This document shows, one piece after another, positions 9,031 to 17,926 of a stretch of 64,000 bases of DNA (position 1 is its first letter; every line of letters starts with the position of its first letter). The DNA comes from Gemmatimonadota bacterium (GTDB lineage Bacteria; Gemmatimonadota; Gemmatimonadetes; Palauibacterales; KS3-K002), in NCBI GenBank assembly GCA_039586795.1, contig JBDHJS010000013.1, positions 13,981-77,980 of the forward strand, given 5' to 3'. The notes beneath the pieces are model-generated. The model saw nothing but the letters and a program-made list of their open reading frames with translations, did not search any database and was not told where the DNA came from. The position numbers were made by a program, and so were the translations under genes.

Positions 9031-11207
9031 CGCGCACCCTCCGCTGAGGACGCAGAGGAAGCTCCGACCTTCCCTGTATCGTGAAATAGCGTGCTTCCAT
9101 CCATGTATCCCGGCGGCTCGACTCCGAACAGCCAGAGCGCGGTCGGCGCGATGTCGACCAACGCCGGGTCGGCTCGGTGGGTGGGCCGATTGCAGAACAA
9201 GACGCCCGGGACCAGGCGCGGATCGATACAATGATCTCCGCTCCAGGGCTTGCGATTGTCTTCGAAGATGGGACCCGCAATCACTCCTGTCGCTCCATCC
9301 CAAGAAGTCCGGTAGCCGGCGTTGTATCCCATCAACATGTCGGGCGCATCCTTCACGTACGGTCCTTTGTACAGCTCATCCGTCGCAAACACCTCGCGGA
9401 TGGCGACGTCGCCAGTCTCCGCATCCACGAGGCCGCTGAGTTTGTCGATCAGTTCAGTCTTGAGCGACATGGCTGCGTCGCCCGGCTCCACAATCCCTTC
9501 AGCCTCTCGACCCTTCAGGTTGAGATAGAGACCGGTCAGACCCAGAGCGTAGGCCCGTGTCTTCGACCAGTCCACATCGCGAAGCCAGTCGGACCTTCCG
9601 TCGGTTCCGTCTTTGAGCGTGAGATAGCCGTTGGCGAGCAGCCAGCTGTTCAGGTTCACGCCGCGCCTAAACGAGCTGAAACCATGGTCGGACAACACCA
9701 TGAGAACGTCACCGTCTTTCAACGCGCTCATGGCCCGTCCAACGATGGCATCGTTGTGTACGTAAAGCTTCTCTATAGCATCGCGATGTGCTGACTCGGT
9801 CTGCCCACCGTTGGCCGGGTGATCGGCTTCGAGGTAACGCCAGAACATGTGTTGGATCCGATCGGTGGCATCGAACACACAGGCCAGCATTCCCCGGCGC
9901 AGCTTATCCAGAGCGGTGAAGAACATCTCTTCCCGCTCCTTGTCTATATCGTAAGTGAGTTCAAGGAACGATTCGTCGCCGATGACGCCCTCGTTCAGGG
10001 CCCAGGTGTCCTCGGCGAGGCCCGTTGTAGCGTACTTGCCGAGCTTCTTCGCCAAATAGATGGCATAGTAATGCGGGTGCGAGATCGGCATCGCCGGCTT
10101 TTCGGGATCGATGTTGATCGGCGTCATGTAAAGCGAAAAATGCTCGCCCATCTCGGTGACCATCATCCGGCAGATCCCGCGTATCTTGACGCCCGGCGCA
10201 GCGCGGAAGCCAACGTTAACCCAATCGCTCAGAACCCCGGTCTGTAGCACGAGCCGGGTCCCGTCGAGCGACAGTCGAACGAGGTTGGCGCCGCGGTCTA
10301 GTTCAATCTCGAGAGGTACCTCGAGCGGCGGATCACCATCGATGAAGGGGTTCGCCGGACCCTGCACGACCGTTGCGGCACGATCGCCGTTCATCTCGAG
10401 CTCCACCCGGGTGCCGCCCTCCTTGAAACGCGCTTCGGAACGCCGGGTGGTGTACAGCCTGAACGTGCCTTGTGTACCGAGAAGATCGGGCACCGACATG
10501 GCGCTCAGCTGGGCCCCATAAAAACGGTCCGGCGGGAACGTTATGGGCACTCGGAGGATCGTGCTCCATATGTTGCGTTCGCCAAGGATCGACCAGAAGG
10601 GTTTTGATTTTCTCAGCAGGCGCAGTTCCGGGCTTTTGAGAGGAACGCGGAAACGGCCCAATCTCAGAAATCGATCGACCTTGCCGACCCGCGTAGATGA
10701 GAGGATCGGAAGATAGGTCCGCCGATCGCGGTCGAGGAAGTCGAAGATGTTGTGCTTGGCCGGATGAGTTCCAGTGCTGAACGAGGACCAAGCCACAGGC
10801 GACACCGACGGATAGGTCGTGGCGAGTCGGTGATAGCATCCCATCTCGGCGAGGCGCCGGAAGTTGGGCAGCTTTCCCTCTTCCAAGAAACGATCGGTGA
10901 GTTTCGGATCCTGGCCGTCGAAACCGAGCACGATCAGCCGTTTGATCCTCGGGCGTGCCCGGCGTACGCGGCGGAGCGCGCGCCACACCATGCGAAACGG
11001 CCAAAGAAGCATCGAGACAACGGCCATGAGGCCCGTCACGAATACGACCAGAAACGAGGTGACGAAGACGAAGCCGGCGCCCGGACCGACATAGGCGGCC
11101 GCCGGGCTGGGCGTGGCGAGCAGCAGCACCAGAGCGAGGGTTGCCGCTGCCAGACAGCGGCGCTTCAGCTTATCTTCTACCGCTGACCGGCTATGCGACC
11201 CTGCCAA
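9027..11207 (-). CDS. alkaline-phosphatase-superfamily type I phosphodiesterase family protein (paralog 2, membrane anchored)
   Basis: LIVLGFDGQDPKL...TYPSVSPVAWSSFSTG...HNIFDF...VLSDHGF is homologous to the downstream gene. The N-terminus has two hydrophobic segments. The start is uncertain: the first ATG (11543) would overlap the divergent sulfotransferase gene by ~350 nt. The only downstream in-frame candidates are TTG 11205-11207, CTG 11166-11168, and a GTG inside the TM helix. Confidence 0.7.
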   Translation of the reverse strand: MAGSHSRSAVEDKLKRRCLAAATLALVLLLATPSPAAAYVGPGAGFVFVTSFLVVFVTGLMAVVSMLLWPFRMVWRALRRVRRARPRIKRLIVLGFDGQDPKLTDRFLEEGKLPNFRRLAEMGCYHRLATTYPSVSPVAWSSFSTGTHPAKHNIFDFLDRDRRTYLPILSSTRVGKVDRFLRLGRFRVPLKSPELRLLRKSKPFWSILGERNIWSTILRVPITFPPDRFYGAQLSAMSVPDLLGTQGTFRLYTTRRSEARFKEGGTRVELEMNGDRAATVVQGPANPFIDGDPPLEVPLEIELDRGANLVRLSLDGTRLVLQTGVLSDWVNVGFRAAPGVKIRGICRMMVTEMGEHFSLYMTPINIDPEKPAMPISHPHYYAIYLAKKLGKYATTGLAEDTWALNEGVIGDESFLELTYDIDKEREEMFFTALDKLRRGMLACVFDATDRIQHMFWRYLEADHPANGGQTESAHRDAIEKLYVHNDAIVGRAMSALKDGDVLMVLSDHGFSSFRRGVNLNSWLLANGYLTLKDGTDGRSDWLRDVDWSKTRAYALGLTGLYLNLKGREAEGIVEPGDAAMSLKTELIDKLSGLVDAETGDVAIREVFATDELYKGPYVKDAPDMLMGYNAGYRTSWDGATGVIAGPIFEDNRKPWSGDHCIDPRLVPGVLFCNRPTHRADPALVDIAPTALWLFGVEPPGYMDGSTLFHDTGKVGASSASSAEGAR

Positions 11208-11834
11208 CCAGAGAGCGTTATCGTGGCCTCTTCGCTCCTTCGATTCTTCAGGCGTGTTAGATACGGAAAGCCGATCATCGTCGTTTCCGGCCTCCCACGC
11301 TCCGGCACGTCGCTGATGATGCAGATGCTCGAAGCCGGCGGGATAGAGATCGTGACCGATCGCGTCAGGACAGCCGATGAGAGCAATCCTCAAGGGTATT
11401 ACGAGTTGGAGGCGGTCAAGGAGCTCGATAAAGGGACCCACCCGTTCTGGCTCAAAGATGCCAGAGGTAAAGCAGTCAAGATCATCGCGTTTCTCATAAA
11501 CTACCTGCCGGAGACCTTCAGCTACAAGGTCATTTTCATGCATCGAGACATAGACGAAGTGCTCGCCTCCCAGACCAAGATGCTAGCACTGCGCGGCGAG
11601 CCCTCAGACACCGACGACGCACGCATGCGTGAACTCTTCGAGGGTCACCTCGCCAGGACCAAGCGTCTGCTCACAAGCCGTGCTTGTTTCGAGGTCCTCG
11701 ACATCAGCTACAATGAGATCCTCGAAAACGCCTCCGAGCATGCGGGGCGCGTCGATCGCTTCTTAGATGCGCAGCTCGACGTCGAACGCATGGCCGCGGT
11801 CGTGAACCCCGATTTGTACCGGAGCCGTCGCTGA
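11193..11834 (+). CDS. sulfotransferase family protein
   Basis: KPIIVVSGLPRSGTSLMMQMLEAGG is the 5'-PSB P-loop of bacterial sulfotransferase domains. 213 aa. Divergent to the phosphodiesterase gene. An alternative GTG start exists at 11223. Confidence 0.8.
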   Translation: MRPCQPESVIVASSLLRFFRRVRYGKPIIVVSGLPRSGTSLMMQMLEAGGIEIVTDRVRTADESNPQGYYELEAVKELDKGTHPFWLKDARGKAVKIIAFLINYLPETFSYKVIFMHRDIDEVLASQTKMLALRGEPSDTDDARMRELFEGHLARTKRLLTSRACFEVLDISYNEILENASEHAGRVDRFLDAQLDVERMAAVVNPDLYRSRR

Positions 11835-11837
11835 TCT

Positions 11838-14273
11838 TCACTGAATGTATCCCAACGACCGCAGTGTCTCGAGTTGCGCGGGCGTTAGACTCACCTCACC
11901 ACCTGGCGTGAAGAGCTGCGCCAATACCTGGTGCGCCTCGAACTGCGCCTCGAGGAACTCGGTGTACCTCTCCACCAGGTCGGGCCGCTCCTCGTGCAGG
12001 CTGTGCCAGCAATCGGGATCGTTCCACAGGTCGCAGATCAGCAGTGGCGCGGGTCGGCCCTCCGGACGAATGCGGGGACGAGGCGCCGGAGGATGCCCGA
12101 TAAGCAGCGACGCTCCCCAGCGGCCGTCGATCACCTCGATGAAACCGCTGAGCTCACCGGTCTGCGGGTCCGCGTAAAACTGGTCCAAGATCACCGGCCG
12201 AGGTTCCCAGCCTTCCTCGCCCAGAAGCAAGGGCGCCAGCGACTGGCCCTGCATGACCTCGGGCATCGGCAGTCCGGCGAGGTCCAGGATCGTGGGCAAC
12301 ATGTCGATCATCGACACCGGCTGTCTGAAGCGCTGGCCACCCGCGATGCGATCCGGCCACACGATGATCAGCGGAATACGGCTCACCGAGCTTCTCAATA
12401 TCGGGCCCCAGTGAGGCGAGAACGGGTCGCGGAGGAGCGCGGACCATTGGCTATGATCGGAGGCGACGACGAGCACCGTGTGCTCCCACTCGCCTGCGGC
12501 CTTCAGCCGTTCCACCAGTTGCCCAATCTGGTGATCCTGGTGCGCCATCGTCTCGTCGTAGAGGCGGCGTCGGGCTTCGAAGTACGCGATCGGACTGATG
12601 CCGGTCTCAGCGAAGGCAGTTGAGTCCGGGTCGGCGGCCCACCAGACGCCGCCTGTCTCTTGTAGCTGGCGCTCCCACGCGTAGTAGCGCTCCCGCAACT
12701 CGGGACTGATGAAGAGGCCGGCGAAGGGCGTCGCCGGTCTCCACGGCCAGTGCACGTCGGTGGTCTGGAAGTGCACCCAGTAGGGCTCAGCTGGGTAAGT
12801 CTCGCGCCATCTCCAGAAGGACCCGTGAAGGAAGACCGAGGAAACCGAATTGTTGTCGCTCCGGAACCAGGGCAATCCCGACCAGCTTTCACGCAGGGCA
12901 TCAACCCCTCGATGGAGGCTGCTCATCATGCCGGCAAAAGGGTTGGCGGTGAACACCGCCGTCTGGTAGCCGTCCGCATGTAGGTATTGGGCCATCGTCA
13001 CTGCCTGTTCGGGCAGCGGATCGGCGTTGGTCCTGTAACCACCCAGCACGCTGTGCTGCAGTGAGGTCATGAACGAAGGCGTCGAGACCTTTGTCCAGCT
13101 GGAATTGCTGTAGGCATGCTCGAACACCGCTCCTTCGGCTGCCAGACGCTCCAGGTTCGGAGTCGTTCGACGGTTGTATCCGTAGACGCTCATGAGATCC
13201 GCCGCAGCGCCGTCGATGATGTAGAAGACGACGTTGGGCTTGTCAGTGGTTCGCGCGCCGCTGAGAGTCGGTGCGGCCCAAAGGGCCACGGTGCCGGCGC
13301 GCTCCGCGTCTGCCTCCAGTGTCAGCGTCACAGTCTGTCCCGCCAGGTGGGACAGATCCACCGAGCGCTGCGCCCAGCGGTTCGGGTCGGCATAGGTCTC
13401 CGCCAACAGGGTCTCGGCCTCGCGACCTTTCCGCTGCGCGGTGATCGCGAACGTCACCGGCGCATTGCCCCGCAGCACCCCCAGGCCGAGATCGAGGCGT
13501 CCTGCTTCGGGCACCTTCACCTGGTAGTCGAGCCGCCCTGGCGTATGGGTGTAGAGGGTCCGACGATGGGCATTGTCGCGCTCCTCCATCCGCAACCCGG
13601 CGCGACTCCCCGCGAACTCGGCCTCCCGCGCTATCACACGCACCGACAGAATGTCGAGCGTCACTTCTTCCACGTCCGGCTGGCTGTTGAACCAGATAGC
13701 CAGCTGGGTCCAGGTCCCTTCCCACCTCCCAACTCTGGGCGCGTCTAGAGACAGCCGGTACGTCTGGACCGTGCCATCGGTCACGAGGCGCGACCACTCA
13801 CCGCGGCTCTGAAAAGGGAGGACGCCAAGCACCGGGTCTTCTTCAGTGTAGTTGAATCCCAAGCCTATGGCGTTCATCCGATCGCGCGTGCGGGCGCGAA
13901 TCTCTACGTACGCCCAGTCCTCCAGCGCCCAGTCCGGCAGATCGACATAGATGGCGCCGATCAAGCGGGGGCCGTCGGCACGGTGTTCTGCGGTTAGGGG
14001 CAGAGCCAGAGCGTCGTCAGTTTGAACAGGCTCGACGGACCCCAACTGTGCCCCGATCGGTCTGGCTGGCCTCCAGTCCGGCTGCGGTTCATCGAAGCGC
14101 CAAGCCACCTGGGGAATGCCCGCGGGAACTTCGGAGCCCACGACGGTGGCGGCGGCGAGATGGTCTTCAAGGTGCAGAGGCCGCTGAGCCCGTAGCACCG
14201 GAGAGCCGGCGTCGCCGCATCCCCCTATGAGGATCAAGCCAAGGAACAGTACTCTAAAGCGGAACATTGCCAC
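11838..14273 (-). CDS. sulfatase-fold (PF00884-like) hydrolase/transferase with ~340-aa N-terminal domain; lipoprotein signal
   Basis: MAMFRFRVLFLGLILIGGC is a lipobox. The C-terminal half (KPNVVFYIIDGAAADLMSVYGYNRRTTPNLERLAAEGAVFEHAYSNSSWTKVSTPSF) aligns to sulfatase cores, but the active-site box reads S-T-P-S-F instead of C/S-x-P-x-R. Confidence 0.8.
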   Translation of the reverse strand: MAMFRFRVLFLGLILIGGCGDAGSPVLRAQRPLHLEDHLAAATVVGSEVPAGIPQVAWRFDEPQPDWRPARPIGAQLGSVEPVQTDDALALPLTAEHRADGPRLIGAIYVDLPDWALEDWAYVEIRARTRDRMNAIGLGFNYTEEDPVLGVLPFQSRGEWSRLVTDGTVQTYRLSLDAPRVGRWEGTWTQLAIWFNSQPDVEEVTLDILSVRVIAREAEFAGSRAGLRMEERDNAHRRTLYTHTPGRLDYQVKVPEAGRLDLGLGVLRGNAPVTFAITAQRKGREAETLLAETYADPNRWAQRSVDLSHLAGQTVTLTLEADAERAGTVALWAAPTLSGARTTDKPNVVFYIIDGAAADLMSVYGYNRRTTPNLERLAAEGAVFEHAYSNSSWTKVSTPSFMTSLQHSVLGGYRTNADPLPEQAVTMAQYLHADGYQTAVFTANPFAGMMSSLHRGVDALRESWSGLPWFRSDNNSVSSVFLHGSFWRWRETYPAEPYWVHFQTTDVHWPWRPATPFAGLFISPELRERYYAWERQLQETGGVWWAADPDSTAFAETGISPIAYFEARRRLYDETMAHQDHQIGQLVERLKAAGEWEHTVLVVASDHSQWSALLRDPFSPHWGPILRSSVSRIPLIIVWPDRIAGGQRFRQPVSMIDMLPTILDLAGLPMPEVMQGQSLAPLLLGEEGWEPRPVILDQFYADPQTGELSGFIEVIDGRWGASLLIGHPPAPRPRIRPEGRPAPLLICDLWNDPDCWHSLHEERPDLVERYTEFLEAQFEAHQVLAQLFTPGGEVSLTPAQLETLRSLGYIQ

Positions 14274-14274
14274 C

Positions 14275-15792
14275 TCACCCCATGAACAAGTTCTTCGTAG
14301 CGAAGTCCGGATCGCTCGTGAGATTCACGCCGAGCTTCCTAAGTCCGGCCTCATCGCCGGGCGTCGGCATGTGGGTCATGTGAACTTCGCAACCGCGCAG
14401 CTCCCTGAGTCCTTCCAGGGCGGCCTTGGCAGACGGGTTCGACGCGGTGCTCACGGCGAGGGCGATGAGTGCCTCTTCGGCGTCGAGGCTAACGCGTTTG
14501 CCGCTCAACACCTCCGTCTTCAGGTGCCCCAACGATTCGATGACCGACGCAGGCAAAAGGTGCTCGTCCTCGGATATGCCGGCGAGCCGCTTCGCCGCGT
14601 TTAACACGAGGCCGGCCGCCGCGTGCATCAACGGAGAGTTGCAGCCGGTCACCACCGACCCGTCCGGTAGCTCAACGGCTGCGCCGCAGTAGATACCGTC
14701 GTTGCCCCTGCCCGTGTGCTTGGCGCGCTGCGCTGCATCGCGCGCCGGTCCCACGACCTGACGGCTTTCAGGGCTTATCCCGAGATCGTTCATGAGCAGC
14801 TCGATCCGCTGCACCGAGTCGCGATCGACGAGCCCCATGGCGTGTTCGCACGCGTACCGGAAGTACCGGCGCACCACTTCCCCCTTGGCCGCTTCCTGCA
14901 CGGCTACATCGTCCACGATCCCGAAACTCGCCCGGTTCACGCCCATGTCGGTGGGTGAGCGGTAGAACGAGTCTCCGCCGGTGATCCGCTCGAGAATTCG
15001 TCTGAGCAACGGGAACGCGTCGATGTCACGGTTGTAGTTCACCGCCCGCTCGTCGTGCGCCTCTAAGTGAAAGTGATCGAGCTGGTTCACGTCCTTGAGC
15101 TCGGCGGTCGCCGCCTCGTAGGCCACGTTCACCGGGTGCTTGAGCGGCAGATTCCAGATGGGGAACGTCTCGAACTTGGCGTAACCCGAGGCCAACCCGC
15201 GGTGGTGATCGTGGTACAGCTGGGATAGGCAGGTGGCGAGCTTCCCGCTACCGGGCCCGGGGCCAGTCACCACGACGATCGGCTTGTCCGTCTCGATGTA
15301 CGAGTTGGCGCCATAGCCCCTGTCGCTCACGATGACGTCCACGTCGGTGGGATACCCGCGCGTGAACCCATGCGTGTAGACGCGGATACCGCGGTTCTCG
15401 AGCCGCTGCTTGAACGCGGCGGCCGCGGGCTGCTCCTCGTACCGGGTGATCACCACGGCACGAACGTGGACACCCCATTCCCCGAGGTCATCAATCAACT
15501 TGAGCGCGTCGGCGTCGTACGTTATGCCGAAGTCGGCCCGCATCTTCTTCTTCTCGATGTCTCCGGCATAGATGCAGAGGATCACCTCGGCGCGGTCGTT
15601 GAGCCCCTGGAGCAACTTGATCTTCACGTTTGGGTCGAACCCCGGAAGCACGCGGGCGGCGTGGTAGTCGAACAGCAGCTTGCCGCCGAACTCCAGGTAG
15701 AGCTTGTCGCCGAACCGGGCGACGCGCTCGTTGATCGCGGCTCTCTGTTGCTCGAGGTACTTCTCGTTGTCGAACCCAGCCCGCAGCTGCAT
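14275..15792 (-). CDS. DUF1846 (UPF0371) family protein
   Basis: The N-terminus GFDNEKYLEQQRAAINERVARFGDKLYLEFGGKLLFDYHAARVLPGFDP is the characteristic start of UPF0371 proteins. ~500 aa. Its stop lies 1 nt before the start codon of the sulfatase-fold gene (operon). Confidence 0.85.
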   Translation of the reverse strand: MQLRAGFDNEKYLEQQRAAINERVARFGDKLYLEFGGKLLFDYHAARVLPGFDPNVKIKLLQGLNDRAEVILCIYAGDIEKKKMRADFGITYDADALKLIDDLGEWGVHVRAVVITRYEEQPAAAAFKQRLENRGIRVYTHGFTRGYPTDVDVIVSDRGYGANSYIETDKPIVVVTGPGPGSGKLATCLSQLYHDHHRGLASGYAKFETFPIWNLPLKHPVNVAYEAATAELKDVNQLDHFHLEAHDERAVNYNRDIDAFPLLRRILERITGGDSFYRSPTDMGVNRASFGIVDDVAVQEAAKGEVVRRYFRYACEHAMGLVDRDSVQRIELLMNDLGISPESRQVVGPARDAAQRAKHTGRGNDGIYCGAAVELPDGSVVTGCNSPLMHAAAGLVLNAAKRLAGISEDEHLLPASVIESLGHLKTEVLSGKRVSLDAEEALIALAVSTASNPSAKAALEGLRELRGCEVHMTHMPTPGDEAGLRKLGVNLTSDPDFATKNLFMG

Positions 15793-16369
15793 CTAGGATC
15801 CTCCCAGGGTTACTCTGTCGGAAGTGCCCCCACACGGTACTCGGCAGCGCGCCCCGCGGCAACGTGCCCCAGCCCTCACTGCGCTCTAGAGAAGCGATGC
15901 AACAGTAAGCTCTTGGCCCACCCTAGACAGAACAATGTGATGTGGAAGAACGAGAAGGAGACGCCCCAGCAGTACAGAAAACCTGGGTGGAATCGCGTTG
16001 AAGGCGCCGCAAGGCGCCTGCATACTGAACATCGCGCCGCCAGGCGCGGTGTGACTCTCCACCACCGACTTCGCGCTATGACACAGAAGAGCCCCGCGGC
16101 AATGCAGGGCCCGAGTTTCCGCCAGTGATCAGCGCAACTTTGCCTTCCAGTTTCATCCGGATGCCCCTCCTCGGCGGTTTTGTATCACTAGCTTACGGTT
16201 GCGGCACTAGCCGGGTTTCGATGGATTGGCGGCGCGCTAGCCATTGCCTTGAACCAGTTGTAGTATGCGATCGTTGGAACCTCAAGAACATGTTTTGTCT
16301 CCCGGCCTTGGGCTGCCAAAGCTGCAAAGTGCAGCATCAGGTGGCTGTTAACAGGCACAAAACGGAGGT

Positions 16370-17494
16370 GTGATGCGCTTACCGTGCGCGGTTCGGTCTA
16401 TCGCTCCCGCCGTCGCCCTGATGGCGGCCAGCATCCTGGTGGGTTGCAGCAGCCACGTCGGCCCGGCCGATCGCGACGACATCGCCGCCTGGATGGCGTT
16501 CTACGATGTTCCGGGCGTGAGCGTCGCGGTGATCCGGGAGCTCGCTATCGACTACGTAGAGGTCCACGGCGTGAAGAGCAGAGAGACGCAGGAGCCGGTG
16601 ACGGAGCACACGTTGTTCCAGGCCGCGTCACTAACAAAGGGTGTGTCCGCGGTCGGGGTGGTTCGCCTCGCGCAGGAAGGAATCGTTTCGCTGGACCGCG
16701 GCGTCAACGACTACCTCACCTCGTGGCAGGTGCCCAACAACGAGTTCCAGGCGACGGAGAAAGTCACACTGCTGCGACTGCTCAGCCACACGGCTGGGAC
16801 CACGGTGTCCGGGTTCCGCGGCTACCGCTACGACGAGCCTCTGCCGACGCTGATCCAGATCCTGAACGGCGAAACGCCCGCCAACTCGCCCCCTGTCGTG
16901 GTCGAACGGGTGCCCGGCAGCGAGTTCAGCTACTCGGGAGGCGGGTATGAGATAGCGGACCAAGCGGTCCGAGACGTCACGGGGACCACGTTCCCGGATC
17001 TCATCGGGGATCGGGTGCTCGCGCCCATCGGCATGACGCACAGCACCTACGAGCAGCCGCTGCCCGCGTCGTGGCGCGACTCCGCGGCCTCAGGGTACTA
17101 CGCGGACGGGACCCCCGTCCCCTGGGGTCACCATATCTACCCCGAGACTGCCGCTGCGGCGCTGTGGACTACTCCCTCCGACTACGCCCGCTTCCTAATC
17201 GAGCTTCAGCTGTCCCTACGCGGGGAGTCCAACCGGGTGCTCACCCAGGAGAATACTCAAATGCTCCTGACCGAGGTCAAGAACTCCTACGCCCTGGGAT
17301 TCGGCCTGCGGTCTCTGCACGGGCAGACGTATATCTGGCACGCCGGGGCCAACGATGGGTTTCGGGGCGGCATGCTGGCGCACCCGACCCTCGGATACGG
17401 CTTGGTCGTCCTGACCAATAGCGACCGCGGGAACGAACTGACCGAAGCGGTGATCGAGCTGATTGGGAAGCAGGAAGGGTGGCCCGGGTACTAG
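16370..17494 (+). CDS. serine hydrolase, beta-lactamase/transpeptidase-like family (lipoprotein)
   Basis: Signal/lipobox ...AASILVGCSS. S-x-x-K motif in FQAASLTKGV. Length ~370 aa. GGAGG ribosome-binding site upstream. Confidence 0.8.
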   Translation: MMRLPCAVRSIAPAVALMAASILVGCSSHVGPADRDDIAAWMAFYDVPGVSVAVIRELAIDYVEVHGVKSRETQEPVTEHTLFQAASLTKGVSAVGVVRLAQEGIVSLDRGVNDYLTSWQVPNNEFQATEKVTLLRLLSHTAGTTVSGFRGYRYDEPLPTLIQILNGETPANSPPVVVERVPGSEFSYSGGGYEIADQAVRDVTGTTFPDLIGDRVLAPIGMTHSTYEQPLPASWRDSAASGYYADGTPVPWGHHIYPETAAAALWTTPSDYARFLIELQLSLRGESNRVLTQENTQMLLTEVKNSYALGFGLRSLHGQTYIWHAGANDGFRGGMLAHPTLGYGLVVLTNSDRGNELTEAVIELIGKQEGWPGY

Positions 17495-17576
17495 CTTCTT
17501 CGAGGTGGCCCTTCTCGTCTGTGAACAGTGCTGAACAAGAAAAGCCCACTAACCACTGCGGGCTGGGGTTTCCTTC

Positions 17577-17623
17577 AATGGGCCTGGGTGGACTCGAACC
17601 ACTGACCTCACGCTTATCAGGCG
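17577..17623. repeat. 47-nt direct duplicate (46/47 identical) of the 3' half of tRNA-Ile(GAT), att-like
   Basis: aatgggcctgggtggactcgaaccacTgacctcacgcttatcaggcg matches 19617-19663 with one mismatch, in the same orientation. It covers the tRNA 3' end through the anticodon stem. Confidence 0.75.
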
Positions 17624-17926
17624 CGGCGGATCCCCCCCCAAAGCCCGACACCATACCGGAACTCCAGAGCAGACTGCGCGATTTGTCCGACATCGCTCAC
17701 CTGATTCCGACCTGAGTCCGGAATCAATCGACACCACAATCGACGCCATGCGCGATCAGCCTGAAGGTGTTCGGCGTATTCGATTTCCCGGCCGTTGGCT
17801 GCAAGGGATGCGATGCACAATCGCAGGAACCTTGCAGCTCAAGGAGTGGTTGGCTAGCGCAGAAGGGACCTCTTGCTCGGCGAGGTACTGATCCTCAGAA
17901 ACCAACGGAAAGTGAGGTGTTGATAT

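Noticed and set aside
8080-9794. Several 150-250-aa plus-strand ORFs (8080-8826, 9177-9794 etc.) across the phosphodiesterase paralogs
   Set aside because: Antisense to well-supported PF01663-type genes; Arg/Pro-rich composition.
11178-11180. Valine codon previously considered as the start of phosphodiesterase paralog 2
   Set aside because: The codon is GTA, not GTG, so it cannot initiate. Remaining candidates are TTG 11205-11207 or CTG 11166-11168.
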